Positions 1 to 13,454 of a stretch of 64,000 nucleotides of DNA are shown here, in pieces (the first letter of the stretch is position 1; every line of letters starts with the position of its first letter). Source of the DNA: Eledone cirrhosa (taxonomy: Eukaryota); contig OZ024746.1 in NCBI GenBank assembly GCA_964016885.1, forward strand, positions 22,444,001 to 22,508,000, written 5' to 3'. The notes beneath the pieces were generated by a model, which was not told the origin of the DNA, did no database searches, and saw only the letters and a list, made by a program, of their open reading frames with translations. The position numbers and the translations under genes were made by a program.

Positions 1-149
1 TGTGACGAGAAGTGCAGAGAGATCTCCAGATATAAAGCAATGCCTGTGCCGTGAAGCTTTTATAGTGAGCAAAGGCACTGCACAAAGCCAGTCCCACTCT
101 CTTAACCAAGATGATATTTACCAAAGAGAAGAACAAGTCAACATCATTG

Positions 150-234
150 GATACCATCAGAGTTGCAGGTGTTATATCAGAGTTTTCCTTCTCCTAGAAT
201 TCTGCCTTGACAAAGGCTAAGGGGTCATCTCTCC

Positions 235-237
<3 letters not shown>
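150..237 (-). mobile_element. Fragment resembling an RTE retrotransposon 5' UTR
   Basis: Minus strand reads GGCAGAATTCTAGGAGAAGGAAAACTCTGATATAACACC, a motif I recall from RTE-clade 5' UTRs; abuts (TA)n. Recall only. Confidence 0.35.
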
Positions 238-288
<51 letters not shown>

Positions 289-351
289 TATATGTAAAGG
301 GTAAACAGAAATAACAACACAATTGGTACATATATATATATATATATATAT

Positions 352-585
352 ACATTGCTCCAGTTTACTCAGCTGTAGAAATGAGATGATAGGGACTGGG
401 GTTCCTATCATTCCACTGCAAAGTGGTCGTGGAGGTGCCACGGCAAAAAAGCACCCAGCACTCACTGTAAATGAGGTTGGTGTTAGGAAGGGCATCCAGC
501 TGTAGAAATCAAGCCAGAATCAGTTCCCGTCCCACCCTTGCAAGCAGGGAAAAGTGGACGTAAAATGAAATGAATGAAATGATGA
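352..585 (+). mobile_element. 5'-truncated SINE (CORE-like body plus RTE-derived 3' tail)
   Basis: Near-identical to the reverse complement of 44020-44255. Tail GGTTGGTGTTAGGAAGGGCATCCAGCTGTAGAAATCAAGCC is shared with the LINE 3' UTR at ~28060-28100. (TA)n on both sides. Confidence 0.8.
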
Positions 586-827
586 TATATATATATATAA
601 TCTGTATCATTTGTCTATTATTTCTTCATAAGTACATTTTAAAGCCCCGTTTAAATGATTTTTTATGTGGTTGATTTATACTGATTAGGAGAGGAAATAC
701 TGTATATATTTTATCTAATAGTTCTTCAGATTTGCAATTTTATATATATATAAATATATATATTGTTATACTTGGGGAGGGTCATATTTGTGTAATATTG
801 CCAGAATTAATAACAGAACACACTCAC

Positions 828-1132
828 TGTTTGGTTGGTTTTCGCTTCTCGCTGTCTTTTATATCTGCGACCTAACTTAATCGGTCCTCAATGTTGCCAT
901 TGACTGACCGACGGTCAAAAATAATACAGATACAATATAGACACAAACACATATATATAGTTTACATAATTTACATAAATCTTTCGTTGCACATCTGCAA
1001 CATCGTCAGTGGTGTTATATTTTTTCCTCCTGTTGTGTTGTATGTCTACGCCATTTTTTATTCAGTCTGTCTATATATTTATTTATTTATTTGCTTGTTT
1101 GTTTATTTTATTTTGTCTTCTTTGCGCATGCG
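828..1132 (-). promoter_or_regulatory. Putative promoter and non-coding first exon of a divergent (- strand) transcript
   Basis: Local CpG enrichment, NRF1-type TGCGCATGCG at 1123-1132, YY1-like AAAATGGCG on - strand (~1049-1057), consensus donor CAAACA|GTGAGT at 828/827. All three frames hit stops before the donor. Confidence 0.35.
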
Positions 1133-1489
1133 TTTGCGTGTGTGTACAGTGTTGTGTGTGCTGTGTGACTAGTGTGTATAGTGTTGTGTCTGCTGGGTGA
1201 CTAGTGTGTGTTTATGTGCTTGTTGTTATTGTGCTTGTGTATGTATTTATTTATCTTATTTTATTTTATTTTATTTATTTACTTATTTATACTTCTCTTA
1301 GGTCAGTGTTGTTTGTTTGGGTGTTGTTGTTGTTCCACTCATTCTTTCTGTTTAGCTTTGGTCTTCTAATTTCTATTTCACTGGCCTCTCTGATTTGCCT
1401 ATCTGCTGGGTCATTCCTATGTTTAGATATTATTCTAATTTCTATGTTGTCTATGTTACCGTCATGTTGTTGTCTAGCATGTTCGTATA

Positions 1490-1998
1490 GTCATCATCAT
1501 CATCATCATCATCATCATCGTTTAACGTCCATCTTCCACGCTTGCATGGGTTTGGACGGGGGTTTTCCCACTTGAGGCAAGATTGGTTGTCTTGCTCGTA
1601 TAGGACTGTTTGGCGGGTTTTCTACGGCTGGATGCCCTTCCTAACACCAACCACGTTTACAGTGTGGACTGGGAGGTTTTTACCGTGTTGCCTACACGGC
1701 CACATTACAGCGTGGACTGTGTGTTTTTTTGTCGTGACACCTACACAACCTCATTTGTTTCGGACTGAATGTTGTGGTACCAACATAACTTTACATTGAA
1801 AGGGGTGGTGTGGATGGGGTGGGGGTAGTGGGACGGGGGTGTATTTTTGTTAGAGGTGCCTACTGACTGTAGTAGGTTTCACTTTGTACTTAGGTAAGGC
1901 GGGTCTTCTGTATTACTGTGTAACGCCAAAGATCTCGGTCCAGTGACATTGTCTTGGAGAGGTGTAAGTGTGTGAGGTCGGAATTTATCAAGTCGTCC

Positions 1999-2001
<3 letters not shown>
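1490..2001 (-). mobile_element. RTE LINE 3' end (end of ORF, 3' UTR, (GAT)n tail)
   Basis: Reverse complement matches 45845-46349 (ORF end WD.LINSD.THLHLSKTMSLDRDLWRY plus UTR); (CAT)n at 1490-1518. Confidence 0.85.
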
Positions 2002-2037
<36 letters not shown>

Positions 2038-2099
2038 TACAAATATGTGAGCATGTGTATGTATGCGAAAAGTTATCAAGAAAGCAACACAGCAAACAA

Positions 2100-2312
2100 T
2101 ACAATAAAATGAAGATATATATTAGTTTTACATTTGATATAGTGGGAAAAGAGTCTTAATGTTTCAGATGTTAATCCTTCATCAGATGATAGAATGAGAA
2201 ATAAAAGAACAAATAGAAAGATAGAGGAGAGTAAGCAGAATAAGGAACAGAAAAAAAAAGTAATATATATATACATATATATTGTAGGCCCCCTACAGTC
2301 ACGAATGACCAT

Positions 2313-2385
<73 letters not shown>

Positions 2386-2555
2386 ATGCATGCAAGTGAA
2401 AAGTAAGTGGAAAGAATGCAACAGACAATGAAGTACAATGAAGATATATATTAGTTTCACGCTTAATATAGTGGGGAAAAGGTCTTAACGTTTCAGATGT
2501 TAGAATGAGAAATAAAAGAAGAAATAGAATGGTTGAGGAAAGTGAGCAGAGGCAG
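2100..2555 (-). repeat. Two direct ~130-150 bp repeats, possibly Penelope-like pseudo-LTR remnants
   Basis: 2100-2245 and 2435-2552 are clearly related. The first carries CTGATGAAGGATTAACATCTGAAAC on the - strand (degenerate hammerhead-like core), which is deleted in the second. Confidence 0.4.
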
Positions 2556-2594
2556 AAACGACACCTACATATATAGGTACAAAGAGAGCAACAT

Positions 2595-2694
2595 CTCGCC
2601 GAGGTTAACTTTGCCTTTCATCCTTACGGGGTCGATAAAATAAAATACCAGTAATGCACTGGGTAATTGCTGGCCTTGTGCCAAAGGTAGAAAC

Positions 2695-2700
<6 letters not shown>
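2595..2700 (+). mobile_element. tRNA-derived octopod SINE (family A), 5'-truncated
   Basis: GAGGTTAACTTTGCCTTTCATCCTTACGGGGTCGATAAAATAAA..CCAGTAATGCACTGGGTAATTGCTGGCCTTGTGCC..GTAGAAACAATTAT; near-identical copies at 15637, 50288 and 62490(-). Confidence 0.8.
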
Positions 2701-2737
<37 letters not shown>

Positions 2738-2738
<1 letters not shown>

Positions 2739-3012
2739 CCTTGGTCTTCCTCTTCTAGTGTGTCCATGTAGGGACTCCCAAAGGAGTACTGAGTGCAATG
2801 TCAACTCTGGATGTCGGTGAGCATGTCCAGCTAACCTCAGTTTCCTCTGTGTCACTTTTGAGCTGACTTTTGTTAACGTATGTTGATGCCCTAAGGACAG
2901 ACACTGGTCTGTTGGAGATGCAGGACATGGCAGCGATAATGAGGGACAGAGACCGCTGGAGAGAACTCGTCCATGGATCTCGGGAATTTTACCCGCCTTA
3001 GATAGATAGATA
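2738..3012 (+). mobile_element. RTE-type LINE 3' fragment (second family) with inverted 5' half
   Basis: 2738-2872 is antisense and 2873-3000 is sense relative to the uninterrupted copy at 22378-22800(-); ends in (TAGA)n. Confidence 0.85.
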
Positions 3013-3189
3013 TATGAGAGAGAGAGAGAGAGAGGGGGAGAGAGAGAGAGGGGGGGGGGAGACACAGGAAGTTAGTATGTATTTAATTCCAATGTTAATT
3101 ATTAGGGTTAATGTTATTTCGTGAAAACATAAAACAAAAAAGAAAACAATCAAGCTGAGGAATGTTGAAGAAGAATGAGAAAAAATGTT

Positions 3190-3965
3190 ACATTATGTGA
3201 AAGGTAGCAAAAAATAAAACAACAGAAACAACGAGAAAACTGTGACTAATGTGTGACAATAGGAGATTGATAGATTGATAGAGAGAGAGAGGGGGGAGAG
3301 AGAGGAAGAAACAAAAGTGTGATTAGAGAATGAGTGGGAGAGAGAAGAGTGATTATTAGAGATAGAGAGTGATAGAAGTATGACAATAGAATGAGAGTGC
3401 AGAAGTGGGGGGGGGGAGATATTAGAGAGAGAGGAAAGAGAGGGTGTAATTGAAATAGCATTGATTGATGATAGAGAAAGAGTATGTATAGGAGAATGAG
3501 TGAGAGAGAGTGGAAAGCTGAAAGAGGGAGAACGTGACAAAGAGAGAAAGAAAGTGACAAGGTGAAAAATTATAAAGAGGGAGAAAGTGACAGAGAGGTA
3601 AACACAAGAAAAGGAGAGAAAGTGACAAACTGAGAGAAAGCAAAGAAAAAAGAGAGAGAGAAATAAAGATAAAAAACGCGCAAAAGAAAAATTGAGAAAG
3701 CGAAAGAGAGGTAGAGAGAAAGGAGGTAAAAATAAAGGAAGGGAAGAAGAGAGTGACAGAGAAGTGAGAAAGAAAGGGTAAAAGTGAGTAATAAAAAAAA
3801 GTGATAGAGAGCCGGAGGGAAAAAAGTAAGAGAAAAAGAGAGAGCGAGTATAAGATAAAGTGAGAGAGAAAGAAAGTGACAAAAAAAGTGAGAGAGAAAG
3901 CGAGTAAGAGATATAGTGAGAATGCAAAAGAGCGATAGAAAGGGAGGGAAGTATAATGAGAGCGA
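3190..3965 (+). repeat. GA-rich polypurine low-complexity tract upstream of the promoter
   Basis: About 780 bp of degenerate (GA)n/(GAAA)n; source of the spurious L/S/F-rich minus-strand ORFs. Confidence 0.85.
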
Positions 3966-3979
3966 AAGAGAAGCATTGA

Positions 3980-4330
3980 AACCGCTAATCTTCCGCCTAC
4001 GCATGCGCAAAGAGGCAGTAAGTTGCAGGCGCTTTTTTGCCTGGTCGTCCCCCGAAGTTGTTCGAGGGAGTGTTATGTTGTTTGATAAAAGACACGGAGC
4101 TATTGCTATACCGCTCCCTTTTAGTAGCTGCTTACACGGGAGGTAGGTAGCTGCGGCTACTAACAACAACACTAACAACAACATCAACCTAACACTAACA
4201 CTGCTGGTAGAATCCAACAGTTTAAAGACAGAGAGAGACACATTACCGGTTTTTTCTTACCCTTCCTCTCCGAACGAACGAACCTCCTCTCCAAGCACTT
4301 GCTCTCTCTTCTTCACCAAACGGGAAATTG
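3980..4330 (+). promoter_or_regulatory. Likely promoter / 5' UTR of the UGCG-like gene
   Basis: CpG-enriched island in an AT-rich background; NRF1-type CGCATGCGCA at 4000-4009; pyrimidine-rich initiator-like CTTTTTT at 4032-4038; ~0.2-0.5 kb upstream of the coding exon. Confidence 0.55.
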
Positions 4331-4485
4331 TTAATTAAAAAAAAAAAAAGATATATATATACACACAACTATTATATATACATACATGTATATATAATTA
4401 TTTTTATAGAAGAATATAATCATAAAAATATATATATATTTATATATATATATATTCAATAACTCATCTTAAGACATAGGCCAAC

Positions 4486-4497
4486 ATGTCGAGATGA
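4486..4497 (+). promoter_or_regulatory. 3-codon uORF (M-S-R-stop) whose TGA overlaps the main ATG
   Basis: CCAAC ATG TCG AGA TGA; the ATG at 4486 has A at -3; the stop 4495-4497 overlaps the main ATG 4494-4496 (ATGA). Confidence 0.6.
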
Positions 4498-4591
4498 CCA
4501 TAGTTCATCTAGTTGCTACAGGTATATCTATCATCACCCTATGTGGATGGTGCTTTGTATGGTTAATCCATTTGTGCGCTCTTATATACGG
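4494..4591 (+). CDS. UGCG: First coding exon of ceramide glucosyltransferase (glucosylceramide synthase), N-terminal signal-anchor helix
   Basis: Translates MTIVHLVATGISIITLCGWCFVWLIHLCALIY-G(G|) followed by a perfect GTAAGT donor. Aligns by eye, ungapped and at equal length, with human UGCG [33 protein letters not shown] (WLxHxxAxIY). The 98-nt phase-2 exon equals the human first coding exon as I recall it. Too short for the ORF track. Confidence 0.75.
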
Positions 4592-4695
4592 GTAAGTATC
4601 TTATATATTCTTGATATAAAAATGTGTACATACATACATGGTGGCTGCCAACTCGTTTTAGAGTACGGCCACTAGTTTATATCCATGTAGGAGAA

Positions 4696-4727
<32 letters not shown>

Positions 4728-4928
4728 CGTCTTTCTACAGACAAACTTTCCATTTCACTATCATTTCAATCTGTCTTTAAACAATATATGACACTTCTCA
4801 TACACACATATATATAAAATGGGTGTGTGATATTCAATTTCAATGTAATCTATATATTGAGTATTCTCATCATTCGTTGACACTGTAACATATGAATGTA
4901 TAAATATATAGAAATCCCAAACTTACTC

Positions 4929-4978
<50 letters not shown>

Positions 4979-6531
4979 TATATGTATGTGTGTGTATAAA
5001 TGTATATATTATACGCTGATTCACAAACGAGAAAAAGAGGTGTGTGATTATATACATGTTTTTTGTTTCGCAAACGTGAGAAAGACAACTCTACGCTACA
5101 CACAGACACGCACACACTCACACACACACAAATCTCTCTCTCTGTATGTGTGTGTGTGTACTTTGCTAGCGATTTCGCTGTTTCTCTTACAGGTGACACT
5201 CCATCTATTGTCTCCTGAAACTCTGAGTAGCAACAGAGTAAAGCACCAGCTTCGTACAAACCTTGATATATGACGGTGTGATTTCGTCTTCCGTTCACTG
5301 AGTATCGATATGTTCGATGTCAATGATCACGAAATCGGTTATCATCACTCTTATCTTAGTCTTTATAACCCCACCATAGCAGTCAACACGTCGCCGTTTT
5401 TATTTGTCTAGAATATTTATGGAACCTTTATTGTAATCCTTTAAAGAACGTTTAGTCTTTTATTAGTTGCCTGTTCCTACATCATTTTTGTAGCTTTATC
5501 TTTCTGCTTCTCCCTTAACCGGCTTTCCTATTGCTGAATACTCACCGAGGGAACCTCTCTACACTGTCACTCGTCTTGAAATAGCAGCCAGATTGCTATC
5601 AAATTACGCCTTACGAAGGAACAATGTAGTCCGTTATATATATATATATGTGTGTGTATTTGAGATTGTCATGACTTAAATGTCTTCATTGATTGATCAT
5701 ACAGTCTGCTCAAACAGGGCTGACCTGGGGCTAAATCGCGATAATTGCTGTTGCAGGAACCCTTTTCCCGCTACGTTCTCCATCACCTTTATCATTGTTG
5801 TTGTGGTTTATTAACGGTGTTTTAAGCTCGCTTTCGAAATGTCTATTTTATGTCCACACATACGTGTCACTAATGTTAGTAAATCAACAAATCTTGTTGA
5901 TTAAGATGACGTATTTCACAGGAATTCCTCTAACTCTCGGATATGGCGCAGATACAATAGCACCTTGTACAAATTCCTCTCAACAATTAATTAATTATTC
6001 TTCAATCTATGACGTATGTCGTATTTTAAGAAGTTTTGGAGAATCATTTCACATATAGTTTTTTTTTATTTAACAAAGAACGACAGACAAAACTTGGTTT
6101 TATGTTGTCTTGAAATATTGCATTTTTTATGTCTGTTAATAAAACTTCACTAATGAGCTTGGCAATTAAGCAAGAAAGCTAACCTAACGAGTGTGTTAAT
6201 TAAACAAGTACGAACCTATGATTAAATGATCTTTCTCTATTGGACGTTTGAGATTTGTTTATATATATATATATATATATACATATGGTATGGTTGGTTG
6301 ATATTTTAAAAACTTATCTACTTTTCATTGATTTGTATTGCTATTTACTGTCTTGACAGGGGTCTCCGAGAACTGTCTTCATATATTCAATCTTACTTGG
6401 GTGGCTCCGTGCCCCCCCCCCCCCACATTATATATATATATATAATTATTATTATTATTATTATTTAATATAATGTTTTTAACTCGATCTACATATATGA
6501 ATTTGGTAAACCACGAATCTACTGAGCCACC

Positions 6532-6577
<46 letters not shown>

Positions 6578-8364
6578 CATACATACTTACTGTAATACAA
6601 ATTTATTAGTATAAATATACAGTGGTAAGAGCACTGTCCATAGGACGAGTTAAGTATACTTATATATATAAATATATATATATGTGTGTGTGTTTGTGTG
6701 TGGCCAATAAATGAAATCATTATTTAAATAAATGCAGTGATAACTTAAGTAAAGACAGCAGTGGAAATACCTCTCCTACTTTGTATGCTGCAAATATTTC
6801 ACTCCACACCCTATTAAGAACAGTTTCCGATCAGATTTTGTTGTTTTGTCCCAGTTTGTTCACCTTCACTTACCACTTGTCATTGTCCACATATTGTTTC
6901 TAATCCCTCTTTTTCTGTCATCTGACCCTATGCTTCTAACTCCCTGCTTTCCCTCGTCATCTAACCCTTATTATTATTCTCATATATATATATATTCTAA
7001 CTCTTTTTCTATCTCGTCTCAATCGATATTCTCATATATTGCATTTAACTTTCCCCCTTTTCTTCATTATCTACTCCTTAATCAATGTCCTCTTATATTG
7101 CTTCTAACTCCCCATTTTCTTTATCTAGTCCTTATCAATGTCCACATATATTGCTTCTAACTCCCTCTTTTCTGTTATCAATCCCTATTTAACATTGTTT
7201 TATCAACGAAGTTAGTTATAGTTTATTTAATCTTATATATATATATATATATATAAGATTAAATATATATATATATATATACTCACCGGTGTAATTTGTG
7301 ATGTAAAAAAATGAAATGTATTTTGTACCCTTTAACATCCTGTACCACATTGGCAAGACATTCTTGAAAAGTACAGAACACCACTATAACTACTGCACCA
7401 CATTAAGTATTAAAGTCTACTTTAATACTGCAAATTTTCCTAACGATCTCTCCTAGTAAAGACACTAAAAACGTTTGAATTAGCAAACTTGTTTCTTAAA
7501 TATTTTCTACTAAATGATGTTATGGGTTAATGTAAAAAGATTCTCACAATTTCATGATTGTAGTGAGGAGGTATTCATCAGCTTTTTCTCTAAGGCTGAC
7601 AGAATACCATGTAGCCGGCTTAGTGGGACCCTAGCTACCGCCATACAACTGCAGCTCTTTACCTTTAGTGTCCCTACACCCTTTTTACTGCCATCCACCA
7701 GTAGCTCCTTATCTTTAACATTCCTACTGCCACACACACACCTACCTTTAGCGTCCCTTCTCCTTTGCTACTGTCATTTATCCGTAGCTCTTTACTTTTA
7801 GTATCCCTACTCACTAGCTATTCACCAGTAGCTCCTCGCTTCTAAGAGCCCTTCCCCATTAGATTTACTCAAGTTGGCGGAATTCTCGTTAATTCCCCAT
7901 TCTATGACATTTCTAATTAAACACACCCTATTTCAATTAATTAATAAAGAATTTGGAAGGGATTTACAAAAATGATTACCTAATTACCAAGATAGTAATT
8001 TAACATATGTTTCTTATATAAAATTATTTTCGAAGGTTTTAATTTTTTAAATTGGGTCGGTTTAATTTCTTAAAACTAGAGCTTGATTTAGCCGGGTTGA
8101 TATTTAAAATGTTCGCATCTTAATTTCTTAGAAATACAAGCATTCCTCTTCACTCTTGGGGACTTTATAAAGAAAACGGGACTGTTATACGAAGGGCAAC
8201 GAATTATTTCATCTATTCCAAGAAAATATGGAGCAAGAGCAGGATTTAACATATCTTATTTCACGTGAAGTGTTGACCTTAAATACTGCAACACTCCCCA
8301 TTAATAAAGAAATTGCTTTAGAATTAAATGACAGGCATTGTGTCACTATCAGATTTAAGAAATA

Positions 8365-10070
<1,706 letters not shown>

Positions 10071-11427
10071 ATTGATATATCCTCAATCCAAATAAAGGAC
10101 GCAATACATGATTTTATTCAGCCGGCAGAATTTTTTTAAAGTGGTTTTCTATAAATCTGTTTTGTTTACTTCTCTGGCTTAACCTTTTTTAATCAATTAA
10201 CAGTATTAATAATTATTTGATATTTTGAAACAGAAACATTTAAATTTGAATCTGTTACAAAATTCATTAATACATTTAATTGCTTACATAGATAATTTGA
10301 GTTTTAAGTTGCTACTGTTTTAGTTATACCAGATATATTTTCTAAGTTAAATAGCACATCTGATTGTCTAATCAATTTGAATCGTTCGTTTCTTTTTAAA
10401 TTGCTATTTTTAACAACAGTTGTAATGTCCAAAACGAAAGGAGGTAGGAGGAGTAGGGCAGTAGGAGTAGATAGATAGGGGCCAGGGTGGGTTGGGTATT
10501 GAATAGAGGAGTCATTTCTCTCTCTCATAAGTGAAATACTTGTACTTCTTCTCCGGCTTGTCAGACATACGGCAGCTGAAAGATGTTCGTTTGTTTCACT
10601 CTACAACACTAATAATACTACGCCACCCCCTTTTTTCTCTTCATCTTCTACAGAATACTGAGCACTTATATGTATATCTCATATCTTTTACGAGATACTT
10701 AACTAACATACATATTTTATATCGTATTTTTTTTCCAACCCTTTCCTGACCGCATTTCAAATGAAATGAAATACAAAATTTCAATTAATTAATGAAGTTT
10801 GGTGGATTTTTCTAAAATTATCTTATTACTAAGATAGTCACTTAACATATGTTTCTGAGATGAAATTATGTTGGAAGTTTTTAATTTATAGATGAGTGGT
10901 TTTCTTTCAAAGAAACCAGAGCCGGTTTTGGCCGGGTTGGTATCAAGAGTAATTTGTTATTTAGAGTTTTTACATTTTCCATGGACACTTTTCTATTTTT
11001 TTTTTAAATTAAATTTTTTTTTTATTTAGTTGTTGAATTCACAGTAATTTAGATTCTCAAATTATTATTATTAATCAACCCACCGATCAAAAGACATTTT
11101 GGTTTAAACAAACGCATAGTTAACTAAATCTACAAAAAGTTTTTAAATAGATATTCTCTTGTTGCTTGTAGTAAGTTGCTTTGTCTCATGTCATCTTACA
11201 TTGTATCTTCTATGGAATTTCTCGTCGGTCGGTCGTCTCTTCGAACAAACCATGCTATTTAAGAAAAAAATGTGAAGAATGTGCTGCTACTCATAATCCT
11301 AATCTAGTCTCTCTCTCTCTTTCTCTTTCTATCTCTCTCTCTTTTTCTCTTTTTCTCTCTCTCTCTCTCTCTCTCTCAGCAGCCAAGCTTTTAGCTAGAT
11401 GCTCTGTTCTCTTCTATTACATTGATC

Positions 11428-11571
11428 AACTCGCTCACTGAGTGACTCGGTTTCACCTATCACTCGAAACCGCATCATTTACTTCACAATCCACTTAAAA
11501 AAATACAATCTCACCATCATATGATGAAGCTTTATATTTCTCAAGATAAAGAAAAGAACACATACACACAT

Positions 11572-11629
<58 letters not shown>

Positions 11630-11735
11630 CTTTTCATCATATGATGGTGAGATAGTATTTTTTTAAAAGTGCATTGTGAAGTAAATGATGCGGTTTCGAG
11701 TGATAGGTGAAACCGAGTCACTCAGTGAACGAGTT
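11428..11735. mobile_element. Foldback/MITE-like element with ~100-bp inverted arms
   Basis: 11428-11528 (AACTCGCTCACTGAGTGACTCGGTTTCACC...ATGATGAA) is the near-perfect reverse complement of 11633-11735; the spacer contains (TA)n(TG)n. Confidence 0.8.
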
Positions 11736-12470
11736 TGGTTTACAAACTAAAGAAAAAAGTGCTCAACAGCAAAGTAGAATGCAATTATAATACAGGTTAT
11801 TCTGCTGCTACTTTGAGTTTCGCGATTGCTCGCTGATCACGGAACTATTACATACACACATATAATACATATAGTATTGACAGACGCGTGAATGAGCACT
11901 CAATACTGGATTAGAGGTTAATGAAATTATATATATACATAGTTTTGATCTTAACTCAAGCTGATCGTAAATTTCTATATAATATATGTAAAGTACCTTA
12001 TTCTCTCTCTATACACGCACGCACTGATGACTAATTTTATATAAAATTGTTTTACACACCTGAGAATCTCTATTCTCTGACAGTTACCTTCTAATTATAC
12101 ACTCACTATGTTCTTATTGAAATTACTTAAATTACACAAGATAGATCTTTAAACAAAGGCCGGTATTTCCTTTTACACGTAATTCGATATAAAATAAATA
12201 TATATATATATATATACACAGAAATATAGATATATACGGTTACTGTATGTAGTTTTTTTTCAATAGACAACAAAATAGGAATTTGGCTTCCGAAAATCGT
12301 AAAAATTGCGAAAAGCTGTGATGTTTAGTTTTGTTTTAAGCTAGTGATATCATGTAGTATTGACGTCATCCTATTGACTTCGAATTTCACTGTCATATGA
12401 TTTACAACTTACATATACATAGCAGCAGTTTACATCGCACGTATTCTTATACACACAAACACACACACAC

Positions 12471-12540
<70 letters not shown>

Positions 12541-12888
12541 CAGTCACGCATAACTGTAGCTGATCATACTCATACACCTATGCATATACACACACACACA
12601 CATATATCTATATATACACACATATATATATATATATACTAATACACACAGCGTTTACATGCTGTCATATAACGCGCACATACATTTTAAAACATACAGT
12701 AGGGTTTTACAACATACATACTATTGCATATACAGTCATAATGTCACATACATATACATAAAAAGGATTTTACAACGCGCACTGGCATATGCACATACAA
12801 TATACATAGCGACACAGGATTTTATTACACACATACCGTCACATATACAAAGCAAGATTTTACCAAACACGTACTCATACACCTACAC

Positions 12889-12931
<43 letters not shown>

Positions 12932-13239
12932 CATTGATTACAATAAAACTGTTTGTAACACATTACTGTATTTTATTACATATCTCTAGACTTAATCCCC
13001 ACCACTACCGCCACCATTTATAGACTTAATAACCGCCACCATCATTTGTTTAAAGAACCACCATCCCCATCATTTGTTTTATTTACAGGGTCGATAAAAT
13101 AAAGTACCAGTAATGCACTGGGGTGATATAATTGATTTTCTCCTCCCCCCAAAATTGTTGGCCTAGTGCCTAAATCAGAAACCATTATAAAATGTGTGAT
13201 AAAATTCGCAATATTTTCCCACCACAATTGATATTACAA

Positions 13240-13450
13240 GAGTGGTGTATTGGCAGAGTCGTCAGAGCGTCGGACAAATACTTAGCAGTATTTTTTCCTG
13301 TTCTTTATGCTCTGAGTTCGAATCTCGCCGAGGTCAATATTGTCTTTCATCCTAAAGTACTAGAGTCGATATAGTACTAGGTTCGATATAATGACCCCCC
13401 CCCCCCTTTCCCCTGCAAAAAAATCGCTGGCATTGTGCCAACATTTGAAC
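13240..13450 (+). mobile_element. tRNA-derived SINE family A, older near full-length copy
   Basis: A-box-like TGGCAGAGTCGTCAGAGCGTCGGAC, B-box-like GAGTTCGAATCTC, body GCCGAGGTCAA..TTTCATCC. Confidence 0.7.
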
Positions 13451-13454
13451 ACAG

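Noticed and set aside
2150-2192. Second hammerhead (CTGATGAAGGATTAACATCTGAAAC, - strand)
   Set aside because: Stem I cannot be formed convincingly and stem II is weak; kept only as a degenerate remnant.
3193-4241. Long L/S/F-rich minus-strand ORFs
   Set aside because: Reverse complement of the GA-rich tract; overlapping in all frames.
4143-4409. 5' UTR intron (GTAGGT ... TTTTTATAG)
   Set aside because: Signals are plausible but unsupported; cannot be decided without transcripts.
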